From Octopus vulgaris (taxonomy: Eukaryota), in the NCBI GenBank assembly GCA_951406725.2, contig OX597817.1, positions 175,398,001 through 175,462,000 on the forward strand: DNA of 64,000 nt, read 5' to 3'. Shown piece after piece: positions 1-12,000 of this stretch. Positions within the stretch are counted from its first letter, which is position 1; each line of letters opens with the position of its first letter. Under the pieces are notes generated by a model. It was not told where the DNA came from. It saw only the letters and a program-made list of their open reading frames with translations, and searched no databases. A program made the position numbers and the translations under genes.

Positions 1-520
1 TTGAGTATGCATGTGTGTGTGTATACATGTATATTATATGATAATAATAATAAATAAATGTATATATATATGCGTGTGTGTGTGTGTGTGCGTGCGTGCG
101 TGTGCATATATGGGTTTAGGACGTCAACTGTGCAAACAACATGAAATACGTAGACAAATGAGTTAAATATGTAAACGAGAGAAAAAATGAAAAATTGGAC
201 AAATAAACACAGAGAAACGACCCTTCATCAGTTGTCGGCTGTCTATCTACTCGTTTCGAGCATTCTATGACAATGTGACTTTCCAAAAGCAGTTGCTCCC
301 ATAAATTCTAAAATGAAATTTAGGATTTATGGAGGGTCAAAGTTGAGAACAGAAATAGAACATTGGAGACATACGAGGAAACTGAGCGAAAAGAAACATG
401 GAGGGTCGTTAGACCAGAAAGAGAAGAAAAATAGTGAACGCTGGGAGAAATATTTTCTTTAAAAAGAGAAAACTGCTTTGAGCGTCCGTGCAGGTAAAGA
501 ACGATGGTCACATGAGGAAA

Positions 521-521
<1 letters not shown>

Positions 522-616
<95 letters not shown>
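522..616. repeat. (TA)n microsatellite
   Basis: Near-perfect TA run. Confidence 0.97.
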
Positions 617-618
<2 letters not shown>

Positions 619-683
619 TAGAAATGGTAAAACAACAAAAGAATGAAAGTGACCTCGATATTATGTAAATAAAGGAATTTATC

Positions 684-743
684 TGTAAATATAATTTGTG
701 ACAATTATTCGGTAGCCATTAATTGTCACATATTATATTTACA
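684..743. repeat. Short inverted repeat (24-bp arms) between two TA tracts
   Basis: tgtaaatataatttgtgacaatta (684-707) pairs with taattgtcacatattatatttaca (720-743), 1 mismatch. Confidence 0.85.
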
Positions 744-1215
744 CACACATACATATATATATATACAATTTAAAAATAGGATAAAATCATTATAAGAAAT
801 TATCAAGCAGTTAGCGTGAAAATCCTCATAAGGAAAAATTTATTAATTTTTCCCTTTAAATATATTTATTGATATTAAGGACATTACTATACATAAATGC
901 CTCACGCTAGGAGGGACTCTTAAAGCAAAAACTACCATAATAAACACATTGTACCGAACGCGAGGGAATGCAACTCTCGAAGCGAGCTTTTTAAAAACAG
1001 ATTCAGCTGCAGATCATATGATTTTATAATTAGTACACAAAATGCACTTTTTAATCGTCAGTGCATGCATAATCAAGAGACATAAAAATGAACAGAAAAT
1101 CAACATACTAGACGAACACCAAATGTATCCAGCATAGTACATAGAATTGTTCACACTTATATATCTATGTACACGTGTTTATTCAGAATAAAATTCAGCA
1201 CTGAATATGTTCCGG

Positions 1216-1252
<37 letters not shown>

Positions 1253-1273
1253 TATATATATATATATATATAT

Positions 1274-1460
1274 TCTTTTGTTCTTTCAGTCATTTAACTG
1301 CGGCCATGCTGGAGCACCATCTTTAGTCGAGCAAATCGACCCCTGGACTTTTTCTTTGTAAGCCTAGTACTTATTCTATCGGCCTCTTGTCGAAGCGCTA
1401 AGTTAGGGGACGTAAACACCAGCATGGGTTGTCAAGTGATGTTGGGCGGGACAAACACAT

Positions 1461-1501
<41 letters not shown>

Positions 1502-1663
1502 ACGGGCTTCTTTCAGTTTCCATCTACCAAATCCACTCAAAAGGCTATTGTCGGCTCGAGGCTATAGTAGAAGACACTTGTCCAAGGTGCCACGCAATGG
1601 GACTGAACCCGGAACCATGTAGTTGGGAAGCAATTTACTTACCACACAGCCACTCCTGCGCCT
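1274..1663 (-). mobile_element. tRNA-derived SINE family B (internal microsatellite)
   Basis: Reverse strand reads ggcgcaggagtggctgtgtggtaag...ggttcagtccca...caccttggacaagtgtcttct, then (TA/TG)n, then the 3' half ending gactgaaagaacaaaag. Matches the copies at 19933 and 23637. Confidence 0.9.
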
Positions 1664-1849
1664 ATATATATATATATATATAGATAGATAGATAGACAAA
1701 CAGACATGTGTGTCTGAGCATGTGTTCTATATATATATATATATTATTTCGTGTGTGCGTGTGTGTGTTCTACTTAAGACGACAGGACATGCTTTGGGGG
1801 ACTTTTGGTTACTGTTTCTAGCAGATTGAGCAACTACACACAAGCTCTT

Positions 1850-1888
<39 letters not shown>

Positions 1889-2329
1889 ATCGTAGTCTGT
1901 GTTTCGTATTTTACAATTGTGGTTGAACAGGCGGGAAAAAATATGAATAAGTAGATTATTTCCGCGAGAGTGTTAATTTCCTAATGACTCATTCATTACC
2001 TTAATTGAAGGATGTAATTTGAGGAATGCTTGGTTGCTAACCCGAGTAAGTCAAGCGGTAGCAACCGCACAAAGTTGTTCTCTCCTTTATTTGAAGTAAA
2101 TTTGGTTGTTGTCGCAAAATCTTAGATGAGTCGTAATGAGACAAAAACTGAGAAAAAGTGTTTCAGTTGTGACGACCTCATTGTTTTGTAAATGTAGAAC
2201 GAAGTTGCTTAATACAACTTTTATTTAAGGTGGTACACTATGATTTGTGAGATTTGGCTGCTACTTCGAGCCGGTCGGGCGATCATTTGTTAGATGAGTG
2301 AAAAGAAACTGTCAACCGCTAGTTACACG

Positions 2330-2371
2330 CTCTCTCCCTCTCTCTCTTCTTCTCTTTTCTCTCTTTCTCTC

Positions 2372-2416
<45 letters not shown>

Positions 2417-2557
2417 TTCATCTCGCATCCTCTCTCTCCCTACCTTACTCTATTCACTCAGTATTTCTGATTTAGCTCGCAAAAGCGACAAAAAGATTTT
2501 TCATAAAATCTTTCTATCGTCCTCTCTAGCCAAATCAGAAATATAGAGTGAGGCACG

Positions 2558-2617
<60 letters not shown>

Positions 2618-2762
2618 GAGAGAGGGAGAGAGAGAAAAAGAAGGAAAGAAAGAAAGAAAGAAACGAAGGAAGGAAGGAAGGAAGGAAGAAAGGAAGGAAG
2701 AAAGAAAGAAAGAAAGAAAGGAAGGAAGAAAGAAAGAAAGAAAGAAAGAATGAAAGAAAGAG
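2330..2762. repeat. (CT)n and (GA)n/(GAAA)n/(GGAA)n simple repeats
   Basis: Direct reading; these account for the low-complexity ORFs at 2298-2895. Confidence 0.95.
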
Positions 2763-3019
2763 ATCTGAAAGTGAGGGTGGGCGGGTTGATGGGGTAGCCC
2801 AATGGCAGACAAGTTTGTTTCCTCTCATTTGACAAATGGTCGCTCGACTTGCTGAAATTGCTTAGCCACACATCCACACCTGCGCTTATGACCAAAACAT
2901 ACTATATTATTGTTGCCCCATGAGTAAAAAGCACGCTTGGCAACCGCTGGTCGGCAGAGGATTTGTGTAGTAGAAATAAAAGTTTCCGTTTATTAAAACG
3001 ATACCAATACCGTATGTGT

Positions 3020-3794
3020 TCACTACCGTTGTTTGCAGCAATGCTTGGAAGGAAGGTGTGTAGCGTGTGACCATCGCATTGACCATGATAGAGGAAGTTG
3101 TCTTGGCGATACCTGCTCAGAGGCCTACGCAAGGTTGGAGAAAGTGTAAGGAGAGAAAGTGCACGAGTGATTCAAACGTTACCAAGATGGCCGAAGAAAA
3201 TGTCGATATTGACGAACGTTCTGGAAGACCCGCAACCAGTAGAGCTGAGAAAGACATCACAGATGTTTCATGCGGCTGTGAGGGGAAATCATCAAATCAC
3301 CGGCGGCGAGCTGGCAGAATCGTTAGCACGCCGGGCGAAATGCGTAGCCGTATTTCGTCTGCCGCTACGTTCTGAGTTCAAATTCTGCCGAGGTTGATTT
3401 TGCCTTTCATCCTATCGCGGTCGATAAATAAAGTACCAGTTACGCACTGGGGTCGATATAATCGACTTAATCCCTTTGTCTGTCTTTGTCCCTCTATGTT
3501 AGTTAGGGTTCAGTTCAGTCCATTATCACTGAAGATTTGGGTATGAGATATGTGTCTGCCAATTTTGTGCCAAAGCTGCTTTCAGATGACCAAAAAGGCA
3601 CTCGGGTTTCAGTTGCACAAGATCTTGATTGTGTCGAGAACAATGAAAACTTTGCCTAGGCCTCTGAGCAGGTATCGGCAAGCTTTTGACAAAATTTGAA
3701 GCAGATTCTCTGCTCAACTTCCTCTGTCAGGTCAATGCGACGATCACACGTTACACACCTTCCTTCCAAGCACTGCTGTAAACAGCGGAAGTGA
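3020..3794. mobile_element. Mariner 5'-half relic followed by an inverted copy of its own 5' end; interrupted by a SINE
   Basis: + strand fragments translate as VDIDERSGRPATS and SVQSIITEDLGMRYVSANFVPKLLSDDQK (mariner HTH/WVP linker region). 3651-3794 is the reverse complement of 3020-3131 and encodes EEVEQRICFKFCQKL. Confidence 0.8.
3301..3500 (+). mobile_element. tRNA-derived SINE family A
   Basis: ggcggcgagctggcagaatcgttagcacgccgggcgaaatg...gagttcaaattc (B box)...gcctttcatcct...gtcgataaataaagtaccagttacgcactggggtcg. More than 20 related copies in the window. Confidence 0.92.
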
Positions 3795-4029
3795 GATAGA
3801 ACGCTAAAATTTAGTGCGCATGCACAGCAGAGTTCAAGGTCAATCTGAACCGAGTGGCTTCACTCTGCGTGCTTTAGCTTTGTTACTATGGCAACAATCT
3901 GGATACTTATTGATCAGGCCAGTAATTGATTGTATTGTATGGTTACATAACGAAATAAGGTGTACAATATTTACATTATTTACATTATTTACATTCGACA
4001 GATATTTGTCCTCGTCTTGTTTGTTGTTA

Positions 4030-4073
4030 ACACAACGTTTCGGCTGATGTACCCTCCAGCCTTCTTCAGGTGT
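4030..4073 (-). ncRNA. Minimal type I hammerhead ribozyme motif
   Basis: acac-CTGAAGA-a-ggctg[gagggtacat]cagcc-GAAA-cg-TT-gtgt. Stems I and II are perfect, stem III is reduced to palindromic ACGT, triplet GUU. Confidence 0.78.
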
Positions 4074-4270
4074 CTTGGGGAAATTTCGAACCCGTGGGTA
4101 TATGGTGTAGTGGTTAAGAGCGCGAGCTACTAACCCCAAGATTCCGAGTTCGATTCCAAGCAGTGACCTGAATAACAACAACAACAACAACAACAACAAC
4201 AATAATAATAATAATAATAACATCGAAAAATACCTTAGGAATGAGAACCCAGGTTCGAAATTTCCCCAAG

Positions 4271-4314
4271 ATACCTGATGAAGGCTGGAGGGTATATCAA
4301 CCGAAACGTTGTGT
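4271..4314 (+). ncRNA. Minimal type I hammerhead ribozyme motif
   Basis: atac-CTGATGA-a-ggctg[gagggtatat]caacc-GAAA-cg-TT-gtgt. One stem II mismatch and one G-U pair in stem I. Confidence 0.75.
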
Positions 4315-4419
4315 TAACAACAAACAAGATGAGGACGAATATCCGTCGAATGTAAATAATGTAAATAATATAAATAATGTACATAATTCCTCATCCATTA
4401 AATGTAGAACTGAAATAAT

Positions 4420-4632
4420 GTCTCCCTACCAGCAATTAGCATCATCTTTTCGTATCATTGCAACATTGCTTAGAAAGCAAACATGCTTATTAAAAAAAAA
4501 TGTTTGTTATGAAGAGGTTAAAAATGATATTTGACTCCGAAACTGGAAGAATTTTATGCCTGATGGATCAATGATTTACCAAATAGATAAGATTATGTTA
4601 TCAATACTGAGGGCAAATATTTTCTTTATTAA
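4420..4632 (+). pseudogene. Mariner transposase C-terminal relic
   Basis: Degenerate translation ...YEEVKND...EFYA*WINDLPNR*DYVINTEGKYF resembles the mariner C-terminus (FY..GI..L..RW...I...G.Y). Confidence 0.55.
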
Positions 4633-5136
4633 ATACGTTAAGGTTTCTGTGGTTGCTTTCACTCTTTCAGTGACAGACACCGACCCCTCATATTACGAAG
4701 ATTACAATAGTTTTTGACGCCGCTACAGGCGTTTTCATCACACAAAATAGCAGCAATATAACTTAATAAACAAGGACATCGAATCACAGATTACGTTATG
4801 TAAGTCCAATTTTATATTTACCTTTCTGGAGGAAGACACTTAACGCTATATTACAAGGTGTAGTTAGTTCATTGAAATGTTAGACATAGAAACCACATGA
4901 TTAGCATCTGGAAACATTCTTAGGTTTTGTGTCAACTTATCTTCTTCAGTATTGCATTTCCTTGTAAAAATAAGTCTGTGGAAGTTGTTGGGTTAACGTA
5001 CGATTAACAAGCCTTAGAAATGCATCATGGGCGGCAGCGTGGTGTCGGCGTTGTCGGCGTTGGCGCTAGCGTCATTGTCGTCGTCGTCGTCATCATCATC
5101 ATTAACATCAAAACCACCACCACCACCACCACTTCT

Positions 5137-5195
<59 letters not shown>

Positions 5196-5279
5196 AATCA
5201 CAGTTTACAGTTTAGACGATTACAACGTTTCATCAGAATTTGGCCTCGTCAGACTGTCTATTCGTATATATGTATGTAT

Positions 5280-5353
<74 letters not shown>

Positions 5354-5521
5354 GGTGTGTGTGTAAGAACATTTTATCTTGAATAAAAATTGTACTCAAT
5401 ACTAAGTGACTTGATTGAATAAATATTTCAGCATGGGCTTACTATTTTGAGATCTTTTTGGCTGGGTGTGGTCTCGAAATGCATACATATATATATACAT
5501 ACATACATGATTTTATATACG

Positions 5522-5548
<27 letters not shown>

Positions 5549-5553
<5 letters not shown>

Positions 5554-5770
5554 TAATCCAAACAAGAAAACACAGAAAAAAAGAGAAAAAAAACACAGCA
5601 ACGCAGGACGTGGAACAATTAAAGTATTATTGACGCTCAGGAAAGAAGGGAAGGAGGGTTTAACGTTTCGAGCGGAGCTCTTCGTCGGAAACAAGGAGAA
5701 GGAAAGATCCCAAGAAGGGAAGACAGAGGAAAAAATATTTGAGCTGGTGGTGCTCAAGAGATCACATGTA
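5549..5770 (-). mobile_element. Short HHR-bearing element between two (TA)n tracts
   Basis: Flanked by TA runs at 5522-5548 and 5785-5845; carries the HHR at 5658-5692; related to the copies at 43735 and 58678-59130. Confidence 0.65.
5658..5692 (-). ncRNA. Minimal type I HHR-like motif (U4C core variant)
   Basis: gttt-CCGACGA-a-gagc[tcc]gctc-GAAA-cg-TT-aaac; both stems perfectly paired. Confidence 0.65.
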
Positions 5771-5780
5771 TATGTAGCTA

Positions 5781-5848
<68 letters not shown>

Positions 5849-5872
5849 TGTGTGAGAGTGTCTGTATATATA

Positions 5873-7210
5873 CAGGGTGTCCATAAAGTCTCTTTGCAAT
5901 TTTAAAATTTTATTACAAAGGCAGTTGACAAGATATCTTAACCAGATTTGTTTTATTGTAATAATTGTTTATGAAAGTTTTTTAACTGTTATTTAATAGA
6001 CCTCAATATGGGTACCATTAGTAGCACGAAGCACATCAAGATGGTACTCGATTTCTTGCTATGTTCGCTGTAGGATAGCCTCATCAACGGTGGTAATGGC
6101 ATTACGAATCCTTTGCTTCAAGTCAGCAATACCCTGTATCTTTGTTTGATACACGATATATTTTACATAACCCCATAAAAAGAAGTCCAAGTGAGTGATA
6201 TCTGGCGAACGCGGTGGCCATGGAATTGGCCCATCCCTTCCAATCCATCGGTCTGCAAATGTTTGATTGAGGAACTGGCGAACATGCCATCCCCAATGTG
6301 GTGGTGCACCCTCTTGCTGGAATTTGATGGTTGTTTGTAAATCAATCAGTTGTGGTGCTACATATTCGGTCAGAAGGACGAGGTAAACATCTGCAGTAAT
6401 TGTTGCCTCGTTGAAGAAAAATGGACCAATTATTCGATTGGACATGATTCCAAACCACACATTCCCTTTTGGACTATCCCGTTGAAGCTCCCTAGTCACA
6501 TGGGGGTGTTCTGGTGCCCAGATTCCCACATTGTGTCTGTATATTTTCCCTGAAACATGAAAGTCGCCTCGTCACTAAAACAAACTCGCTTGAGGAATGC
6601 TTCATCCTCAGAAATGCGTTCCAGCATATTGAGTGCAAACTCTTTCCGTTTTTGCTTATCATTTTGCTCAAGTGCCTGTAACAGTTGGACTTTATAAGCG
6701 TACAACCGTAAGTTCTTGTGGAGGACCTTGCGCACTGTTGAACGTGGTAGTTGCAACTGTCTGGCAGCAGTGCGGATGGACTTCGTAGGAGAACGAGCAA
6801 AGGCTTTTGAAACACGATCCATGTTTTCATCAGATGTTCTTGGTCGCCCGCTCCTCCCTTTATCCAACACCGTCCCTGTCTCCATAAATTTCTTGTGCCA
6901 TGCACGAATTGAAGGACGCAATGGTGGATCTCTTCCATACTTAGTTCTGTAGTTTCGTTGAGTCTGAACATCCGATTTTGTCTCAATAAACCAGGATACA
7001 CATTGTGCCTTTTCATGAGGAGTAGCCATTTTATAGGGGTTCAGTGAATCAGTTCCCTTCCATCAACAGAGTGTCTGAAACACAAAAAATTAATATCAAT
7101 AAAAACTTTAATAAACAATTATTAAAATAAAACAAATCTGGTTAAAATATCTCATCAACTGCCTTTGTAATCATTTTTTTTTTATATTGTAAAGAGACTT
7201 TATGGACACC

Positions 7211-7213
<3 letters not shown>
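5873..7213 (-). mobile_element. Tc1/mariner DNA transposon, DD41D (rosa/Visitor-like), full length
   Basis: About 110-bp TIRs starting CAGGGTGTCCATAAAGTCTCTTT at both ends, TA at 5871-5872 and 7214-7215, internal transposase. Confidence 0.95.
5993..7029 (-). pseudogene. DD41D transposase, frameshifted near 6555 with a premature stop at 6059
   Basis: ORF 6496-7029 (HTH, GRPR, FSDEATF) joins ORF 6059-6529 (FQQEGAPPH...WPPRSPDITHLDFFLWG). 41 residues separate the second (D>E) and third catalytic positions. The frame continues QEIEYHLDVLRATNGTHIEVY* to 5993. Confidence 0.9.
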
Positions 7214-7268
<55 letters not shown>

Positions 7269-7339
7269 GTAAGATACTGCACGAGTGGAATTATATATGA
7301 AAGAAGGTTTGAAAATGCAATTTTAAAAGATGTTTATTC

Positions 7340-7381
7340 ACTTGACCAGTTTCACTTTTTTAGAAAAAGATTGTCAAAAGT
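7340..7381 (-). ncRNA. Decayed HHR-like motif near a (TA)n tract
   Basis: actt-TTGACAA-tcttttt[ct]aaaaaagt-GAAA-ctgg-TC-aagt; two core substitutions. Confidence 0.4.
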
Positions 7382-7824
7382 TAAATGTAAAAGCTTTGTT
7401 GTGTTAGGTACTGGTTATCACATAATATTACAATACATATATACATTCTTATGAACAGCTGTGCACATGTGGCCAATAAAATCACATGTGCACACACACA
7501 CACACACACACACATACACACACACACACATACACACACACACACACGCTTGTTTATAAATTACTTTATAAAGACAGATGGTTACATTTCATTAAAGCCA
7601 GTCAAGTTCGTTACAGATACAAATTGTTTACAAAGGATCTATCGCTGACAGAAACAATATACAGAATGGCAAACAGAAACAATATTGTTATTTCAGTATC
7701 TTCATGAACTTTCTATGTGTATTGAAGCGCCATTTTGTTTATATATCAGGACGAATGTAAACAAAAAGTCATATAATTTACCCTCTGTAATCCGAAATAA
7801 TTTATCCGATGTTATACCTGTTAT

Positions 7825-8405
7825 CTTTTACTTGTTTCGGTCACTGGGCTGCGGCCATCCTGGGGCAACACCCTGACGTGTCTTGATCGAACAGATCGAT
7901 CCTAGTGTTTTTCTTTAAGTGTGGTACTTAATCTATCGGTCTGTTTTGCCGAACCACTAAGTTACCAGTGACGCAAGCAAGTCAAAAGCGTTTGTCAAGC
8001 AGTCGTGTGTGTGTGTGTGTGTGCGTGCGTGTGGAGAGGAACAGATGCAAACAGAAAGACACACACATATACATATATGCGGTGAGCTTCCACACAATTT
8101 CCGCCTACCAAATTCACTTAGAATGTATTAGTCGGCCCGGGGCTATAGTAGAAGACACTTGCCCATAGTAGAAGACACTCGCGTAGTGGGACTAAACTCG
8201 AAACCATGTGCTTGCAATGTGTGTCCTTGTGTCTGTGTTTGTCATCACCCCCGCTTGTACCTAGCGGTTCAGCAAAAAGGCCGATAGAATAAGTACCAAG
8301 CTTTAAGAAAAAATATAAATACTGGGATTGATTCATTCGACTAAAATTCTTCAAGGTGGTGCTCCAGCATAGCCACAACTGAAACAGAAGAGTAAGAGAT
8401 AAAAG
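7825..8405. mobile_element. Two SINE family B fragments (minus copy, then plus 3' half)
   Basis: Shared motifs gctatagtagaagacacttgccc, agcggttcagcaaaa..ccgatagaataagtac and ggtgctccagcat. Confidence 0.8.
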
Positions 8406-8445
8406 TATATATGTTATTGTACAAATTCTCGCTGTTCACTGTGTA

Positions 8446-9020
8446 CAAGGCGGTGCTGAAAAGTTCCTGAGTCTGGGTAAAAGTACAGAGAGTAAAAGTA
8501 CAGAGGGATCAGTTAAAGGGTAAAGACCCTTTTGGTCATGAATGACCATGGGATTGCACCTAGAAAGTTCCCCTCCGTGGCACAAGTCCGGGTAAGGTTG
8601 TTTATGGAAGACCAGCAGTTGCTCAATGCGTACAAGCTTCACCTCTTTACTTATCCAAGAGAAAGGCAAAGGGGCCGATACAGCTTGGCACCAGTGACGT
8701 CGCAACTGATTTCTAAAGCTGAGTGAACTGGAGCTAAGTGAAATAAAGTGTCTTGCTCAAGAGCACAACACACAGCCCGGTCCGAGAATCGAACTCACTA
8801 CCTCATGATTGTGTGTCTGACGCTCTAACCACTGAGCCATGTACCTTCAAGGAGGATCAGACAATTACGATTTTATTCAACATATTCCCCTGTTTGATTC
8901 ATACAGTTATTGCAGCGGTCTTTCAGTTTTTCTATGCCCTGTAAAAGAACTCAGAAGGTTGGGCCTCCAACCCGGCTTTCGCGATACCCTTCAAGCCAGG
9001 AACTTCTCAGCAGCCCCTCA
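8446..9020 (-). mobile_element. Non-autonomous mariner derivative (MITE) with a nested SINE
   Basis: Imperfect TIRs caaggcggtgctgaaaagttcctg / caggaacttctcagcagcccctca with TA on both sides. 8860-8990 resembles a mariner C-terminus (LEAQPSEFFYR...GEYVE*). Confidence 0.75.
8520..8849 (-). mobile_element. tRNA-derived SINE family D (CORE-like)
   Basis: Reverse head tggctcagtggttagagcgtcagac...gagttcgattctc...gtgctcttgagcaagacactttatttcac; second copy at 17010-17290. Confidence 0.85.
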
Positions 9021-9034
9021 TACATGGCGGTTTA

Positions 9035-9255
9035 TCAGAATCGTTAGCACGCCGGGCGAAATGCCTAGCGGTATTTCATCTGCCGCTACGTTCTGAGTTC
9101 AAATTCCGCTGAGGTCGACTTTGCATTTCATCCTTTCGGGGTCGATTAAATAAGTACCAATTACGCACTGAGGTCGATATAATCGACTTAATCTGTTTGT
9201 CTGTCCTTGTTTGTCCTCTCTGTGTTTAGCTCCTTGTGGGTAGTAAAGAAATAGG
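9035..9255 (+). mobile_element. SINE family A
   Basis: Matches the 3301 copy; 3' end ttgtgggtagtaaagaaatag. Confidence 0.9.
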
Positions 9256-9844
9256 TTTATCAGATGCATTTGGTTTATGTAGCATTAATACATTATATTG
9301 TACCATCAAAAAATTCTACAAATTAGATTAGCATTTTTAACTGATTTGGTATAAGAAGGGTTTCTAATCTTGTTGACAAAGTTATATTGTTGCTTATTTT
9401 GCAACAGACGAAGAAACTTTATAGCAGTTGGTTCGGCATCAACCATCTCTAATTACATTTGAGAGATATTAAGTATATCTTACTACACCCGAAATGTCTT
9501 TATGAGTGACTCATTTAATCATTGCTCCCACTCATCATAAATATAAGCAGTTACTCATGTACAAACATTGTTATTTTCTGCATGGTTAAAAAAGGGAGGG
9601 TTAAAATAAACAAAAATACCTTTTTGTTGTTTTGTTTTTTTCTTTCGAACTTCTAATGTAAATAGTAAACTTTCGTAAAACTAAACACGTGTGTTACGAT
9701 GGGTAGTGAAAATTCAGTTGTTTTAAACACGGGATTGTCTTCTTTGAATCAGTCAAGCTCACTTGTCTAAAATATCTATACTCACCTCCCCTTATGGAAC
9801 ACACACATACGCGCGCGCACGCCCACACCGCCAGGAACATTATA

Positions 9845-10280
9845 GGCGCGGGCGTGGGTGTGTATGTGTGGTTAAGAAGCTTGCTTCACAACCATGTGAT
9901 CTTGGGTTCAGTCCCACTTCGTGGCACCCCACGCAAGCGTCTTCTATTGTAGAGCAGGGCCGACCAAAGCCTGGTGCATTGATTTCGTAGGCGGAAACTG
10001 AAAGAAGCTCGTCGAGTATAAACACACACACACACACATACATACACCCCCACACACCCCACACACATGTGAATAATGTGTATCTGAGTTACATTTGTCT
10101 CTCTCTACCACTTGACAACTGGCGTTGGTTTGTTTCCGTTCCTGTAGTTCGGTAAAGAACGAGAATAGGTACTAGGCTTAAAAAATATATACTGGGTTCG
10201 ATTTGTTCGACTAAACCATTCAAGATGTTGCTCCCAGCATGGTCGCAGTCTAATGACTGAAACAAGCAAAAGATAAAAGA
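9845..10280 (+). mobile_element. SINE family B
   Basis: ggcgcgggcgtgg...gggttcagtcccac...ggaaactgaaagaagc, (CA)n, 3' half ending gactgaaacaagcaaaagataaaag. Confidence 0.85.
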
Positions 10281-11314
10281 TTCCTAAATACCGCAAGTTC
10301 TTGTAGATAACTTTAGGTTGCATGCATAGCTGTGTTCACTTTGCAGCCACAACTGTCGGAGTTCGATTTTCTCTGTAATTACTGAAGTAACACTCTTCTG
10401 CTGATTCTCGACCAAGCCAATAAACTGGGAGTGGAATTTAATGGACGGAAACTGCGTGGAAGCCCACTATGTGCCTACATACAAACATGAATACATACAC
10501 GGTTTGTCGACATTGTTCTGTAAATAGCATAGAGCCGGTTTCCCGGTTTCTCTTGGGTATATATTTCTCCCTGGACGGGACGCAAATTCTTTTTTTCTCA
10601 CGAATTCCGGACCCCAGTAATGAACTCATTTGCATACTGCCAATCAGAACTCACCGTAACCTTGTTGTTCGCAAACAAGGTCACGTGACCTACGCAGAGG
10701 CAGCCATACAGATAACGAAGTATCAGATCCGTTCAGCTCCCAGATTATGCCTAGACGCAAAGCCCAACATAACATTCATGAATGTGTTAAAAAACAACCA
10801 ATCTATTGGTAAAGCACACTCTACCAAGTAAACTCAAGACGAAGAACGGTGTTGTAAGTCGAACGATCGCCAAGTTTATGCCTGATTTTAGAAGGAGACA
10901 AGTAATTAGGTAGATTTGCATCTAAACCTAATATCGGATTTTGTTAGAGTCCGATATGGTAAAGGTGTAGATGGGAAAAGCGTGGGTGTGATTTACAAAG
11001 TAAACAACAACACAAATAATTACGCAGAGGTAGCCATGGTTGAAAGAAGAACACGAACAACAAGCATTATCAAAAGAGAAAAGAAACATGGTCATTCCTT
11101 ACCCAAGTGACCTAATCTTATCGCCCATTACTTGTTATGCGCTCATAAATTAGTTTGATAGTTGAGCTCTGATTGGCTGTATGCAAATGAGCTCATAACT
11201 TATGGCAAAAAAAATTCGCGGACGGGATGCTGGTCCGTCGCTGGATTACTCTCATTTTACCAGCTGAGTGAACTAGAGCAACGTAAAATGACATGTTTTA
11301 CTCAAGAACAACTA

Positions 11315-11942
11315 AGGCGGTGAGCTGGTAGAATCGTTAGCACGCCGGGTGAAATGCTTAGGGGTATTTCGTCTGCCGTTACGTTCTGAGTTCAAACTGC
11401 GCCGAGGTCGACTTTGCCTTTTATCCTTTCGGGGTCGATTAAATAATTACCAGTTACGCACTGGGGTCGATTTAATCGACTGTCCCTCTCCCCCAAAATT
11501 TCGGACCTTGTGCTTAGAGTAGAAAAGAAAAGAGCACCCAAGGCAGCGAGCTGGCAGAATCATTAGCAAGTCAGGTGAAATGCTTAGCGCCATTGCGTCC
11601 CCTCCCACAAAATTTCAGGCTTTGTGCCTTTAGTAAAAAGGATTATTATTATTATTTTCCTTCTTTCTTCAAATCCGTTTCTCGCCGAGTCTTTTCCATA
11701 CACCTAGGGCAGAGAAGCTCATTGTATGCATTCCCAGATTACACACGCAAATTCACAGGTAAAATATGTATTTAATAAATAAATAAATAAATGCATAAAT
11801 ACATAAATAAATTCATGAATGGATGTTGTTTTCACAGCGATAATGCTCTTCTCAGTACATGAGTCGTTCCAGTTAATACGATTTTTTGCACTTCCTGTAG
11901 GGATGGTAAGCCTGGTATCATTTTCAAATAGGTTTCAATACC

Positions 11943-12000
<58 letters not shown>

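Larger units (their letters stand above)
3961..4410 (+). mobile_element. tRNA-headed, hammerhead-bearing element with upstream inverted duplication of its 3' part
   Basis: Arms 3961-4092 and 4252-4383 (132 bp each) are reverse complements. Between them lie a tRNA-like head (A box TGGTGTAGTGG 4103-4113, B box GAGTTCGATTCC 4146-4157) and an (AAC)n(AAT)n linker. Confidence 0.8.

Noticed and set aside
210-262. Minus-strand GAAACGAGTA and CTGATGA hammerhead half-motifs
   Set aside because: The order is permuted and I could not build consistent stems I and II; possibly a relic but unsupported.
4096-4170. Functional tRNA gene
   Set aside because: A and B boxes are present but the acceptor and anticodon stems do not pair well; treated as a tRNA-derived head. 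The same applies to the SINE heads elsewhere.
4700-4746. HHR-like GTGATGA..acgcc/ggcgt..AAAA on the minus strand
   Set aside because: Both core boxes are mutated and there is no convincing stem I.
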